Positions 44,546 through 54,009 are shown, numbered from the stretch's first letter. The stretch: DNA of 64,000 bases from an uncultured Gemmatimonadales bacterium (GCA_963743195.1 CAVUOO010000001.1:289630-353629); one strand, 5' to 3'. Made by a program: numbers and translations. Notes: generated by a model from the letters alone, not told the origin.

Positions 44546-46719
44546 CGCGCCGGCACCGCCACTCTCATCTCGCTGCTCTGGACCCCATTCGAGAAGCTCA
44601 CCGAGAGCTCGGGATGCCCCGCCGGCAGCTGCACGGAGCCACCACGGGCGAAGGAAATGATCTGGCCGGTTGCCGCGTCGCGCACGAGCAGCATCGGATG
44701 CGCGGCAGCGTCCCACTGGAGTCCCACGTTGCCGGCTCCGGTACGACGGATGGCAAGAGGAGCCACCCGCGCCCCGGGCTGTGGTAGATCGGCGCGGCGC
44801 TGGGCGATGACCTCACGCCCGCGTCCGGCTAGACGGAGCGTCGCGAGACGTGACGCGCGATCCGCCGACAACGGGACGGAGAAGGCGAACTGCTGGCCAC
44901 CGCCCGGAAGGTCCGCGATTTCGGCCGGAGCAAATGGCAGCGAGAAGACTTGAGAGCCGTCGGTCGCGCGGCCCTCGACCGTGTACTCGCCGGCGCGGGC
45001 CGGAAGGCTTGGGCGCGTCACGACCTGGAAGGCGGGCTCGAGAACCATTTGCCCATTCTCGATCCGGCCCCACACGAGGAGACAGGGCTGCATCGCCTGG
45101 GAAAAGGCGGACGTGACGTCGGGGTTCGCCGACCTCCAGTCCATCACACCTGTGTAGGTCCAGTCGCTGATCCATTCAGGGTTGCAGTATGCCATCACGT
45201 CGGCGTACGTGGGGGGCATGAGCGTGGCGGTCGCCACATCGAGGCCGTACGCGCCCGTCACGCCGCCGGCGTACGGGTAGTTCGGGTCTGGGTTGCTCGG
45301 ATTGCCGCACGGGGAATGACTCCTTCCCCAGTTGTGACCCCACTCGTGAGCCGCCACCGACGAACCGGTCGGGAGCTTGTCCCAGCCGAGCGCGGTCTTG
45401 CCACCGACATACCCGATCCCCGCGATCCCGCTGCTGTAGTTCGGATTCACCACGCCGAAGTAATACCTGGTGCTGCCGTCGGCAGTCCTCAGCGCGTTCA
45501 CCTCGCTCAATACCTGGTTCCACGTCGAGGAGCTGTCGAGCGGGAAGGACGCCGTGGAGTTGAACTGCCCGTGCATGTCGGCGTCGTACGCCGACAGCGG
45601 GTGCATCTTCATCGTCTCCGTCAGGAACTGATCCTTGTTCGCGCTGGAAACGTTGCCCAGCCGCCCGGCGACCTGCACGGGGACGAAGCGCACGCTGAAG
45701 GTCGATGCCGTCCGGACGTCCATCGCCAGCGGGGCAGACGTCGGAAAGCTGTTGTCGCCTTCGTTGGATTCCGCGATGACGTTCGTCGGATCCACGTCGG
45801 CCCGGATCGAGAGATTGGGCTGGATCAAGGTCTTCGGCACTGCGACGTTCCACGACTTCGAGAGCGAGCTCTCATCCGGGGAGAGGGGAGTGCTCAGGCC
45901 AGGTGCAGTGATCGTCATGGTCTGCACGAGCGTCCCGCTGCTGTAGAACCGCACGCGGACCGCCGGTTGCGCAGCGTTGCTTTGATTGGAGGTGACGAAG
46001 ACGCGCAGGTATCCATCACGATCCTTCACCAGTGGCACCGACCCGCCGTAGGTCTGCACACTCTGGCTGAGATACATGCCGTCGATCTTGAGATTGAGCG
46101 ACCCGGGAATGACCACGCTATAGCTCACCGACGCCGACGACACACTGCCCGTTACGACGGCGGCGGTCTGGCTGCCGGGACTGGGGCTGTAGTCGGTGCC
46201 GCCTGACGAGACGCCGTTCGCGGCGATGGTATAGGTCCCCGGCGCGAGACCACTCAGCGTTTGCGTTTCGGTGAGGTTCTGCGAGAAGCCACCCGGCCCG
46301 GTCACGGTCACGTCGGCCGACGCACCGGGTGGGAGGCCATCGATGTTGACGGTGAGACCGCTGGTGATGGTCTGGTACGCCACGGACGCGGCTGCGGGAG
46401 TCTCGCCCTCGCTCACCGTGACCATTTGACTCGCGGGGGTGGGCGCATACGCCGACCCGCCGAAGGAGACGTTCGACGCCACGAGCGCGTATCCGCCTGG
46501 CGTGAGGTTGGAGATGGTCTGCGAGCCGGTGACCGCGCGCGCGAATCCGCCAGGGCCGGACACCGATACCGCCGCGGATGCCCCGCCAGGGAGTCCGGAG
46601 ACGGCGACGGCCAGGCTGCCGGTGACGGGCCCGCTCGGATCCCCGCCGCCGCCACATCCAATGAGGGCTGTGACCAGGAGCAGAGGCGTCGGTCGGAACC
46701 ACGAGCCGGGTCGATTCAT
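44542..46719 (-). CDS. Metzincin-type zinc metalloprotease lipoprotein with N-terminal tandem beta-sandwich-like repeats
   Basis: Lipobox LIGCGGGGD. Two repeats of about 70 aa (…SGLPGGASAAVSVSGPGGF… / …DGLPPGASADVTVTGPGGF…). Extended zinc motif HEWGHNWGRSH (HExxHxxGxxH). Confidence 0.7.
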   Translation of the reverse strand: MNRPGSWFRPTPLLLVTALIGCGGGGDPSGPVTGSLAVAVSGLPGGASAAVSVSGPGGFARAVTGSQTISNLTPGGYALVASNVSFGGSAYAPTPASQMVTVSEGETPAAASVAYQTITSGLTVNIDGLPPGASADVTVTGPGGFSQNLTETQTLSGLAPGTYTIAANGVSSGGTDYSPSPGSQTAAVVTGSVSSASVSYSVVIPGSLNLKIDGMYLSQSVQTYGGSVPLVKDRDGYLRVFVTSNQSNAAQPAVRVRFYSSGTLVQTMTITAPGLSTPLSPDESSLSKSWNVAVPKTLIQPNLSIRADVDPTNVIAESNEGDNSFPTSAPLAMDVRTASTFSVRFVPVQVAGRLGNVSSANKDQFLTETMKMHPLSAYDADMHGQFNSTASFPLDSSSTWNQVLSEVNALRTADGSTRYYFGVVNPNYSSGIAGIGYVGGKTALGWDKLPTGSSVAAHEWGHNWGRSHSPCGNPSNPDPNYPYAGGVTGAYGLDVATATLMPPTYADVMAYCNPEWISDWTYTGVMDWRSANPDVTSAFSQAMQPCLLVWGRIENGQMVLEPAFQVVTRPSLPARAGEYTVEGRATDGSQVFSLPFAPAEIADLPGGGQQFAFSVPLSADRASRLATLRLAGRGREVIAQRRADLPQPGARVAPLAIRRTGAGNVGLQWDAAAHPMLLVRDAATGQIISFARGGSVQLPAGHPELSVSFSNGVQSSEMRVAVPAR

Positions 46720-46944
46720 GGCGGATCCGGGGCTGAGGAATTTCCCCTATCGATAGCAAGGGGACTAAAAAGTCTGGTGTTCTGCACTGGCGCTCCGCAG
46801 CGCGGAGCGACGCCCGCGCGTCCGCGGCGCCCGACTAATCCTGCTAAGTCCAATTCGGCCGAAGTCTTACTCCAACGAGACTCGCACTGGTCGGGAAGGA
46901 TCGGGCAACACCCGCGCCATGAGGACAGACGCATGGAGACGAAT

Positions 46945-46968
46945 AAGGGGTCGTTACTGCGACCCCTT
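46945..46968 (-). terminator. Hairpin downstream of the M50-like gene
   Basis: Stem AAGGGGTCG / CGACCCCTT with a 6-nt loop. On the minus strand it is followed by ATTCGTCTCC, which is only weakly U-rich. Confidence 0.35.
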
Positions 46969-46991
46969 GCACTCGAGAAGGGAAGCGGTTG

Positions 46992-47591
46992 TCAGGAGGT
47001 AGTGCGAACGGGCCTCAGGAGCCTCGCGGCGTACAGATGAGCCAGGAGGTGCTCGCCGTCCGATTTGGACAAGGGAAACAGATTGAGGTAACCCGAGAGG
47101 TTGGCGATGATACCGAACAGGAGAAGGTCGCCGGTAAACGATCCCATATGGGGCTGACCGCCCAGTTCCCACGTCGTCAGAAAGAGCATCATTCCGAAGA
47201 GGTTGCTGATACCTCCAGCCGCGGAGATGATCGGCGCGCGCCACGCCTCGGGTCCCCATTCGAAACGCCAGCGACCGGAAACGATGTCCCGGTAGCCGAT
47301 GACGCCGGCGTCCTCATCGAGGAGCTGCACCGCCCCGATAAACGGGAGCGCGCCTATGTGGATCTCTCGTCCGTTGAAGCTGCCTCTCCAGATCGTGGGC
47401 CCCACGCCGAGTCGCATGCCCCAGAGCCGGACACCGACGACCTCCGCCGCCGCCGAGTGAGCCAACTCATGGAAGAGCAGTGCGACCCACAGTGCGACCG
47501 TGGCGGCGAGGACCGACGAAGCGATGGATGACAGCATCAGTCTCTCCAATTCGAAGAGGACCGCGAAGGTTCCCGGGGCATCCTCGATCAA
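46992..47591 (-). CDS. Site-2 protease (M50)-like membrane metallopeptidase, short form
   Basis: HELAHS inside a TM helix and the downstream NLFPLSKSDGEHL (NxxPxxxxDG) motif. 199 aa, no PDZ domain. Confidence 0.65.
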   Translation of the reverse strand: MIEDAPGTFAVLFELERLMLSSIASSVLAATVALWVALLFHELAHSAAAEVVGVRLWGMRLGVGPTIWRGSFNGREIHIGALPFIGAVQLLDEDAGVIGYRDIVSGRWRFEWGPEAWRAPIISAAGGISNLFGMMLFLTTWELGGQPHMGSFTGDLLLFGIIANLSGYLNLFPLSKSDGEHLLAHLYAARLLRPVRTTS

Positions 47592-47652
47592 CCTGGAGAC
47601 AATTTACACTCGATCGAGCGCTTCCGTTTGTGCGCCGAGGCACAGACGACGT

Positions 47653-48696
47653 TCACGGCGTATAGAGCTGGCTCGGCAGCTCCGAGTCGCAACATGAACC
47701 GGTCCCGCCGACTGAGAGGACATACGATTTGTCGTTCAGGGCAACGCGAGCGAGCGCGCCCAGGCTCGGCGGTGAGGCCTTGGCGGTCCACTTGTTGGTC
47801 AAAGGATCGTACGAATAGGTGCGAATCGCCGGGCTGCCATTGTTATAGGCCCACGAGACCACGAGGAGCTTCCCGTTCACGACGGCGCCCGAGGCGGACG
47901 AGCTGGTAGTGGGCAGCGGGGCAAGTGCCTTCCACTTGTTCGTCGCAGGATCGTAGACATCGAGGTTGGCGGTTTGACGGCCGACGCCGTCGCTGCCACC
48001 CGCCACGTAGAGCTTGCCGTTGATGACTCCGCCCGCGGGGTTTACGTGGGACCGAGGGGCCGAGCCCAAGGTAGTCCACCTGTTTGTGACCGGGTCAAAG
48101 CGGTACAGCGTCCGGCTGACGCTGTCGTTGGCGCAATCGAACACCGGAGGGTTGTCGTCGTTGCAGTTACCGGAAAGGACGTAGAGCTTGTTGCTGATGA
48201 CGCCGGTGACACCATCGGCGGTCGGCCGGGGCATGTCGGCCTTCCGGATCAGTCGATCGGCGCCGTAGTCGTAGGCCCACGTTTGCGAAACCATGAGACG
48301 CAACCCCGACCCGTAGTCGTAACCGCCAGTGAAATACAGCTTGCTCCCGATCTTGCCCACCCCATTCGTGTTAAATACGTTGGTCCCCGCGGTCTTTCTG
48401 GTCCAGGTGTTTGTGGTCGCACTATAGGCTTGGACCGAAAAGTCCGAGCCGCCATCGATTCTGCCCCCGATGGCATAAACGACCGAATTCCCTGACGCGT
48501 CGTAGACCATGCCGGTCGCGACCCCGGTCGGCCCGACAGGGAGCGCGGCCTTCGGGGCCCAGGTGTTGGAGCCGATGGCGAACGACGGCGCCGGAGACGT
48601 GAGCCCTGGTGTGCTTGGCTGCATCGGTTCGTCACCGCAGGCGGTAACGGCAACCGTGAAAACCGTGAGGGTTAGAGCCAGTGGAAAGCGGGTCAT
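47653..48696 (-). CDS. Kelch-repeat beta-propeller lipoprotein
   Basis: ATG at 48696 with a GGAGGGAG RBS. Lipobox FTVAVTACG. Repeated ...NTW/NRW/NKW...GG...KLY/KLLV blades. Confidence 0.75.
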   Translation of the reverse strand: MTRFPLALTLTVFTVAVTACGDEPMQPSTPGLTSPAPSFAIGSNTWAPKAALPVGPTGVATGMVYDASGNSVVYAIGGRIDGGSDFSVQAYSATTNTWTRKTAGTNVFNTNGVGKIGSKLYFTGGYDYGSGLRLMVSQTWAYDYGADRLIRKADMPRPTADGVTGVISNKLYVLSGNCNDDNPPVFDCANDSVSRTLYRFDPVTNRWTTLGSAPRSHVNPAGGVINGKLYVAGGSDGVGRQTANLDVYDPATNKWKALAPLPTTSSSASGAVVNGKLLVVSWAYNNGSPAIRTYSYDPLTNKWTAKASPPSLGALARVALNDKSYVLSVGGTGSCCDSELPSQLYTP

Positions 48697-48865
48697 GCTC
48701 CCTCCGATCGATACCGGGTGAGGACTCGTACTTCCAGCCCTACCGTACTCCTGGGCGATCAAGTGGATCTCAAGTGTCCGCCCATCCCGCGAGCAATTGC
48801 CACATGATAGAACCGGGTCGGCTGTTGGCCGACCCGCCAAGGTGCCTTCTGCGCCGTGCCCCAGG

Positions 48866-48912
48866 TGCGTCTCGTAGGAATCGAACCTGCGACCTCGTGA
48901 TGAGGTAAGAGC
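48866..48912 (-). other. tRNA-Lys-like 3' fragment (anticodon loop to acceptor end), putative att remnant
   Basis: Minus strand GCTCTTACCTCATCACGAGGTCGCAGGTTCGATTCCTACGAGACGCA, against intact tRNA-Lys ACTCTTAATCACTAGGTTGTAGGTTCGATTCCTACGCGGCGCA. The 3' 36 nt differ at 5 positions by my hand alignment. There is no matching 5' acceptor strand, so it is not a functional tRNA. Confidence 0.45.
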
Positions 48913-49135
48913 GGGAGTGGCAACCTAGCCTATTGGTGCATAATAGTTTACGTTATTCCATCCTGTCCTTGAATTGTCCACGGACGCTCCGTCTCTAACA
49001 TCTCTTCGACCTGTTGCCTTGTGGGTGAATCGGAGCGGCGAGGCCCTGACGTGAGCTGCTGAGATTCGTCGGGTTGGACAGGCCGGGGAACGGTGTCGCA
49101 GCCTGTGACTCCAGGCACACGATAACGGCGGACAC

Positions 49136-50894
49136 ATGAGCCCTGTATCATCGCTGAAGGCCCGGCAGGAACTCCGTGTCTTCCTGACTCTGATCGTAAT
49201 TCTGATCATTGGTGCCGTGCTGAGACTCCACCACGTGGACTACCGCACGCTCAACCACCCCGAAGTCTATGCTCCTGGCATCGACCTTCCGTCCGGCTTA
49301 TCGAATCCCAACCCGCGCTTTACCCTATCGCAGACCCTGAAGGGGACTATAGCCGGAGAGCCCCACCCTCCGGGTTACTACATTCTGATGCTCGGTTGGA
49401 CCAAGCTGTTCGGCAGCAGCATCCTGGCGTTACGTTTGCCGTCGGTGCTGTTCGGAATCGGCAGCATTCTGCTGGTCTATGTTCTCGCCCGCTACTTCGA
49501 AGATACGCTGACGGCCCTGCTGGCTGCTGCAATGCTGGCCCTCAACGGCCTCAACGTGCAGCAATCGCAAAGCGCCCGTATGTATTCCATGGCCTGCTTT
49601 CTCGGTCTGTTGTCGACCGTGCTCCTCGTTATCCTGATACGACGGGTGCCCCGCCCTCTCACCTATAGCGTGCTCTACGTCGTCGTCACCCTCGCCGGAC
49701 TGGCGACGCACGTGTACTTCTGGCCGCTTTTCATGACCCAGGCTCTATGGATCCTCGCGGCCCACGTCCGCGCGCGGACCTCGCTACTCGGCCTGGTGCG
49801 ATTGCAGGTGCTCACCGGGGTCGTTGCGAGCCCGCTCATCGCGATTGCGGCGTACCAAAGCGGGGCCGCGTCGCCTCCACCAACCCTCGCTCCCATCGAC
49901 GGCGTGCTCCGCTTCCTGCAGTTCGGCTCACTTTTCGAGATCGATCCCCTGGCCATTTCGGAGGCTAGTGCGAACGCCGTGGCGGCACTGCTGGCGTTGC
50001 TTGCGACCGTTCTTCTCATGGCGAGCGCCCTCCAGGGGAAGGGAGACGCCCAGCTGGCAAGTCGTCAATTGACGACGGACGGACATGGATGCGGGTGGCC
50101 GCCCAGGATCGTCACGCTCGTCGCCGGAATTCTGATGGCGGCGAGCATTCTTCTGTTTGCCTACGTCGCGAAGACCCTACTACCAGGCCGGAGCACGCAT
50201 TTGGTCATCGCGACCAGCGCTTTGCCCCTGGCACTGGTGTTCGTGGACACCATGCTGTGCGCTTACGGGGATCGGCTGGAGAAGCCATACGCGAAGGTGG
50301 CTCCCGGGAATCTATGGCCGGCAACGCTTCGATCGCTGTGTGTCCTGCTTGCCGTCTTGCCGGTCGGCATCGTTGCCGCGATCTCGATAGTCAGTCCGAT
50401 ATTCGTGCAGCGTGGCACGGCGATCTTCGCGCCGTACTTGCTCATTGTGCTCGCAACCGGATTGGCAGCGCTCATGCGACGGGATCGCCGGTGGATTGCC
50501 CTCGCGGGGCTGCTGGCGATCATCCACGGCCTCAGCCTTCGTTACTTCAAGTCCAAGCCCCCGATCTACGACTACAAGGCATTGGCGGAACAGTGGGTGC
50601 CGCGCATTGAGAGACTCGGATTTGATCTTCGTGCACGGCCGAGGACACGAGGACGACTTCTGGGTGGCACCGATCTATTACTACCTGAACGCCAGACGCT
50701 ACCACTATGTCGGGCGGGATTTTGCGAACGCAGTTCAGACCCATCCTCAATCGAGGGTATGGGTGCTCTCGTTGCCGCCGATTCCAACCGAGCGAGAAGC
50801 GGTCGATGCGCTCGCGGGCTATGAGGTGCGGAACCGCCTCGATGCGCGAGGGATATTCGCACAACTCTATGTGCCGAAGCGCGCGGCGCCTTAG
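49136..50894 (+). pseudogene. GT39/ArnT-PMT-like membrane glycosyltransferase with a C-terminal frameshift
   Basis: Multi-TM N-terminus (PPGYYILMLGWTKLFGSSILALRLPSVLFG...). Frame 1 degenerates after ...EQWVPRI. Frame 2 (ORF 50412-50894) continues as DSDLIFVHGRGHEDDFWVAPIYYYLN.... The frame switches near 50600-50620. Confidence 0.7.
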
Positions 50895-50941
50895 GGCGAC
50901 GACTGCCCGAGGGAAGGAGTCCGGCTGATTGGGCCACTATA

Positions 50942-50978
50942 ATGCCGCCGAGCGGGAACGTCGGCGGCATTGGTTGTG
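50942..50978 (+). terminator. Hairpin terminator candidate after the glycosyltransferase
   Basis: Stem ATGCCGCCGA / TCGGCGGCAT (50942-50951 / 50961-50970), loop GCGGGAACG, then TGGTTGTG. Confidence 0.45.
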
Positions 50979-51065
50979 AAGATCTTGTCATCCATTCTGG
51001 AAGTGCGCCGCGAGCCACGGCGCTTCGCGCAGGCCTAACCCTTTGGCACCCGGAGCACGACCAGA

Positions 51066-51806
51066 GTGAGTGAGTGGTGGCGCCTCCAGAGGAAGACGTA
51101 CAGGGGATTCCTGATGCGATGCGCCCCGGGCACGCATGAGGCGGGGGTGAGGCTGCTCATGCGACACTGTTCCTTCCGGTCGTCTGTCCTGGACCTGGGA
51201 GCAGGAAGCGGGGCGCTCCTGGCGAGGCTTCGGGACGTTGGATTCAACGACCTCAGCGCGATCGACTCCGACCCAAAACAGTTCGGCCTCCAGGGAGTGG
51301 AGCCCCATCCGATCGACCTGAACTCGGATTTCGCGCAGGCAGTGGGACAACGGGTCAAGGTGGTCACGGCGATTGAGATCATCGAGCACATCGACTCGCC
51401 CCGGCACTTCCTGCGGCAAACCTACGAGATCATTGAGCCGGAAGGGTATCTGCTCCTGTCTACGCCCAATGTCGCCAACTGGCGGGGGCGACTTGAGTTC
51501 CTGCTGACCGGAAGATTGAGGTACTTCGACCGGGAGCAGTACCTCCAGATGCACCACGTGTCCCCTCTCACCGACGTGCAAGTACGGCTGATGCTCGAGG
51601 AGATCGGATTCGACCTCGTGGACTCGACCACGGCCGGCGACTTTTCTGGCCTCCTGCAACGAGTCGCCCTGGCCCCTTTGAGCCTCGCCTTCCGCCTCGT
51701 GTTCGGACCCCGCGCGTGGGGCGACGTAACTATCTACCTCCTGCGGAAGCCAATTCGACCGGTTGCAGCGACGAGGCTCCCCTCATCGAATCCTGGTCGC
51801 CCATGA
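51066..51806 (+). CDS. Class I SAM-dependent methyltransferase
   Basis: Motif I VLDLGAGSGALLARL and post-I/II AIEIIEHIDSP...GYLLLSTPN. 246 aa. Confidence 0.8.
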   Translation: MSEWWRLQRKTYRGFLMRCAPGTHEAGVRLLMRHCSFRSSVLDLGAGSGALLARLRDVGFNDLSAIDSDPKQFGLQGVEPHPIDLNSDFAQAVGQRVKVVTAIEIIEHIDSPRHFLRQTYEIIEPEGYLLLSTPNVANWRGRLEFLLTGRLRYFDREQYLQMHHVSPLTDVQVRLMLEEIGFDLVDSTTAGDFSGLLQRVALAPLSLAFRLVFGPRAWGDVTIYLLRKPIRPVAATRLPSSNPGRP

Positions 51807-51833
51807 CTTCTTCCTCCTCAGTAAGACCACCAA

Positions 51834-51867
51834 AATGGCCACCGAGCGCGGAGCCTCGGTGGCCATT
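51834..51867. terminator. Bidirectional GC-rich hairpin between the methyltransferase and the tRNA cluster
   Basis: 13-bp stem AATGGCCACCGAG / CTCGGTGGCCATT. It is followed by GTTCGTG...TTGTTT on the plus strand and by TTTTGG on the minus strand. Confidence 0.5.
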
Positions 51868-51904
51868 GTTCGTGAACGTCTTGTCGTTGTTTACGTTCTC
51901 AAAG

Positions 51905-51977
51905 TGCGCCGCGTAGGAATCGAACCTACAACCTAGTGATTAAGAGTCACTTGCTCTGCCAATTGAGCTAGCGGCGC
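51905..51977 (-). tRNA. tRNA-Lys (anticodon CUU)
   Basis: Hand fold: acceptor GCGCCGC/GCGGCGC, anticodon arm AGTGA-CTCTTAA-TCACT, T-arm GTAGG-TTCGATT-CCTAC. Confidence 0.9.
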
Positions 51978-51992
51978 GCCAGCTGTCGTCCA

Positions 51993-52064
51993 TAGCCCCA
52001 ACGGGAGTCGAACCCGTCTTTCGACCTTGAAAGGGTCGCGTCCTAACCGATAGACGATGGGGCC
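51993..52064 (-). tRNA. tRNA-Glu (anticodon UUC)
   Basis: Hand fold: anticodon arm CGACC-CTTTCAA-GGTCG, T-arm ACGGG-TTCGACT-CCCGT. The acceptor GGCCCCA/TGGGGCT implies G1-U72. Confidence 0.85.
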
Positions 52065-52086
52065 GATGGCCCACCGTCTCTCGCAA

Positions 52087-52159
52087 TAGCGCTAACGGGA
52101 TTCGAACCCGTGTTCCAGCCTTGAGAGGGCTGTGTCCTAGGCCCCTAGACGATAGCGCC
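52087..52159 (-). tRNA. tRNA-Glu (anticodon CUC)
   Basis: Hand fold: anticodon arm CAGCC-CTCTCAA-GGCTG, T-arm ACGGG-TTCGAAT-CCCGT. The acceptor GGCGCTA/TAGCGCT implies G1-U72. Confidence 0.85.
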
Positions 52160-52217
52160 GCTGACCGTACCGCGACCGATTACCACGGCGACTCCGCGAC
52201 ACGTCCCATCGACTCCA

Positions 52218-52290
52218 CAGGCCCGGCAGGAATCGAACCTGCAACCCCCGGTTTTGGAGACCGGTGCTCTACCAATTGAGCTACGGACCT
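52218..52290 (-). tRNA. tRNA-Trp (anticodon CCA)
   Basis: Hand fold: acceptor AGGTCCG/CGGGCCT, anticodon arm CCGGT-CTCCAAA-ACCGG, discriminator G. Confidence 0.85.
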
Positions 52291-52349
52291 CTGCACCAGT
52301 ACCGCCGCCGCACGCTGGGCTCGCCGGCGATGACCGGCGACCTACCAGG

Positions 52350-52424
52350 GGTGGCTGACGGGAATTGAACCCGCAACCTCCGGAGCCACAGTCCGGCGCT
52401 CTAACCAATTGAGCTACAACCACC
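52350..52424 (-). tRNA. tRNA-His (anticodon GUG) with encoded G-1
   Basis: Hand fold: G-1 plus acceptor GTGGTTG/CAGCCAC, discriminator C, anticodon arm CCGGA-CTGTGGC-TCCGG. Confidence 0.85.
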
Positions 52425-52473
52425 ACGAGCCAGTTTCCGAGCCGGTGAAACTATCGTCTCGGAGGGCGTCGGG

Positions 52474-53106
52474 TCAAGGCCAGAAACGCGCGGCGAGCGC
52501 CTCCGTTTGCGGCGACAACGGCACGTCCTTTCCATCGAGCGACGCCACCGCCACGACCCCACGCACCGCGTTCGCCACGAACGCCGAAGCCGCCGGAAGT
52601 TGGTCGGGTGTGGCCCGCCGCTCCTCGATCCTTCCCGCGATTTCCTCCAGCCGGGCACGCGCGACCCCGGGCAGCACACCGAGCTCGAGCGGAGGCGCGC
52701 ACAGTCTCCCATCCTCCCACCACAGCACGCTCCAGATGGCCGTTTCCGCGACCTGTCCGCCGACCGTGAGCAGGAGCGAGTCGTCGGCACCGACCTCCTT
52801 GGCATCGGCGAGCGCTCGGTCGAACCGTTCGCGGTCGACCACCTTATGGGGATAGGGTCGGTGCACCAGCTTCGAAGTGACGAGTCTGACCGGCGCCGTG
52901 CTGCCGACGGGGCGCTCGCCCGCCACGACGCCGCGCCGGCTCACCAGCAGCCGATGGACTCGATCGGCGCCGCCTTCGGGCGTCGGTAAGTCGGCGGGAA
53001 TCGGCACGCCAAGTGCCCGGCAGCTGGTCGCCAGGCGCCTCAGGTGCAGGTACCAGAGCGGAGCCGCACCGCCTCGAATCCGCACCGTCTCGATCAGCGT
53101 CGTCAT
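52474..53106 (-). CDS. Class IV aminotransferase-fold protein (aminodeoxychorismate lyase-like)
   Basis: ATG at 53106 forms an ATGA overlap with the upstream EamA gene. MTTLIETVRIRGGAAPLWYLHLRRL ... LPGVARARLEEIAG ... FVANAVRGVVAV resembles short PabC-like proteins. Confidence 0.6.
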   Translation of the reverse strand: MTTLIETVRIRGGAAPLWYLHLRRLATSCRALGVPIPADLPTPEGGADRVHRLLVSRRGVVAGERPVGSTAPVRLVTSKLVHRPYPHKVVDRERFDRALADAKEVGADDSLLLTVGGQVAETAIWSVLWWEDGRLCAPPLELGVLPGVARARLEEIAGRIEERRATPDQLPAASAFVANAVRGVVAVASLDGKDVPLSPQTEALAARFWP

Positions 53107-53990
53107 GCCCCAACCTCCTCTCGCAGCACGCTGCCCCCGCGCGCGTCCAGCATCGCCTTGATCGTCGTCGTCCCCAGAATCAGCGCGCCTCCCACCAGTG
53201 CCCACGGACCCGGGCGCTCTCCCTGAAAGGCCCAGGCCCAAAGCGGATTGAGCGCCGGCTCGATCAGCAGGATCAGCGACGCCTCGAGCGCGGGAATCGC
53301 TCGAAGCGCCGACGTCACGAACAGGTACGCTACCGCGATCTGAAAGACGCCGAGGTAGACGATCACTCCCCAATCGGTGACGGGATGAACGCCGATCGGC
53401 AGCGCCATCGGAAGTGACATGCCGAATGCGATGAGATTGCCGACCGCCACCGCTGCCACCGGCGAGCCGCGGCGACCATCGGCGGCACCCATCCATCGCA
53501 GGCCACACACCGTGAGGGCCCAGAAGAATCCGCTCGCCAGCGCGACGATATTCCCGCGAATCGGATCGGGCGCCGTAGCGACCGGAGCCTCCACCCCGAT
53601 AAAGAAGAGTGCGAGGCCCACGCCGATCGCCAGCATGAAGCCGACATCCTTGGGCCGCACCGGTTCCTTGAGTAGCCAGGGACTCAAGATCAGGAGATAG
53701 AGGGGTGCGGTGGATTGGAGGTAGATGGTATTCGCAGCGGTCGTGAGTCGGTTGGCGAGCACGAAGAGCGTGAGACACGTCGCATATGCAATCCCGACCA
53801 ACGCGACCCGCCAGCTCCAGCCGCGACGCGCTTCTCGGCTCAACAGCAGGATGGCGATAGCCGCAATACCGGATCGAAAGCTGGCGATCTGCCAGCCGGT
53901 GAAATTCGCGGCCTTGATCGCCGCACCGCCGGTCGAGAAGAGGACCGCGGCGGCCACCAGCTGCAGGCGAGCGACCGTGCGAGAGGGCAT
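53103..53990 (-). CDS. EamA/DMT-family transporter
   Basis: ATG at 53990 gives MPSRTVARLQLVAAAVLFSTGGAAIKA. About 10 TM segments. Confidence 0.8.
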   Translation of the reverse strand: MPSRTVARLQLVAAAVLFSTGGAAIKAANFTGWQIASFRSGIAAIAILLLSREARRGWSWRVALVGIAYATCLTLFVLANRLTTAANTIYLQSTAPLYLLILSPWLLKEPVRPKDVGFMLAIGVGLALFFIGVEAPVATAPDPIRGNIVALASGFFWALTVCGLRWMGAADGRRGSPVAAVAVGNLIAFGMSLPMALPIGVHPVTDWGVIVYLGVFQIAVAYLFVTSALRAIPALEASLILLIEPALNPLWAWAFQGERPGPWALVGGALILGTTTIKAMLDARGGSVLREEVGA

Positions 53991-54009
53991 GCGCCAAGAT
54001 AATCGCGCG

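Larger units (their letters stand above)
48866..51904. mobile_element. Candidate degenerate genomic islet inserted at tRNA-Lys (no integrase present)
   Basis: Bounded by the tRNA-Lys-like 3' fragment and the 3' end of intact tRNA-Lys, in the same orientation. Sampled 60-nt lines inside give about 45-60% G+C against about 70% in the flanks. Cargo is a GT39-like glycosyltransferase and a SAM methyltransferase. Confidence 0.4.

Noticed and set aside
48866-48935. Possible sixth functional tRNA next to the Kelch gene
   Set aside because: No 5' acceptor strand or D-arm can be formed, and the T-stem has a C-A mismatch. I interpret it as a 3' fragment.
53107-53997. N-terminal 297 aa of the 507-aa ORF 52474-53997
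   Set aside because: It is an out-of-frame reading of the EamA gene. The class IV aminotransferase-like protein starts at 53106 with an ATGA overlap.
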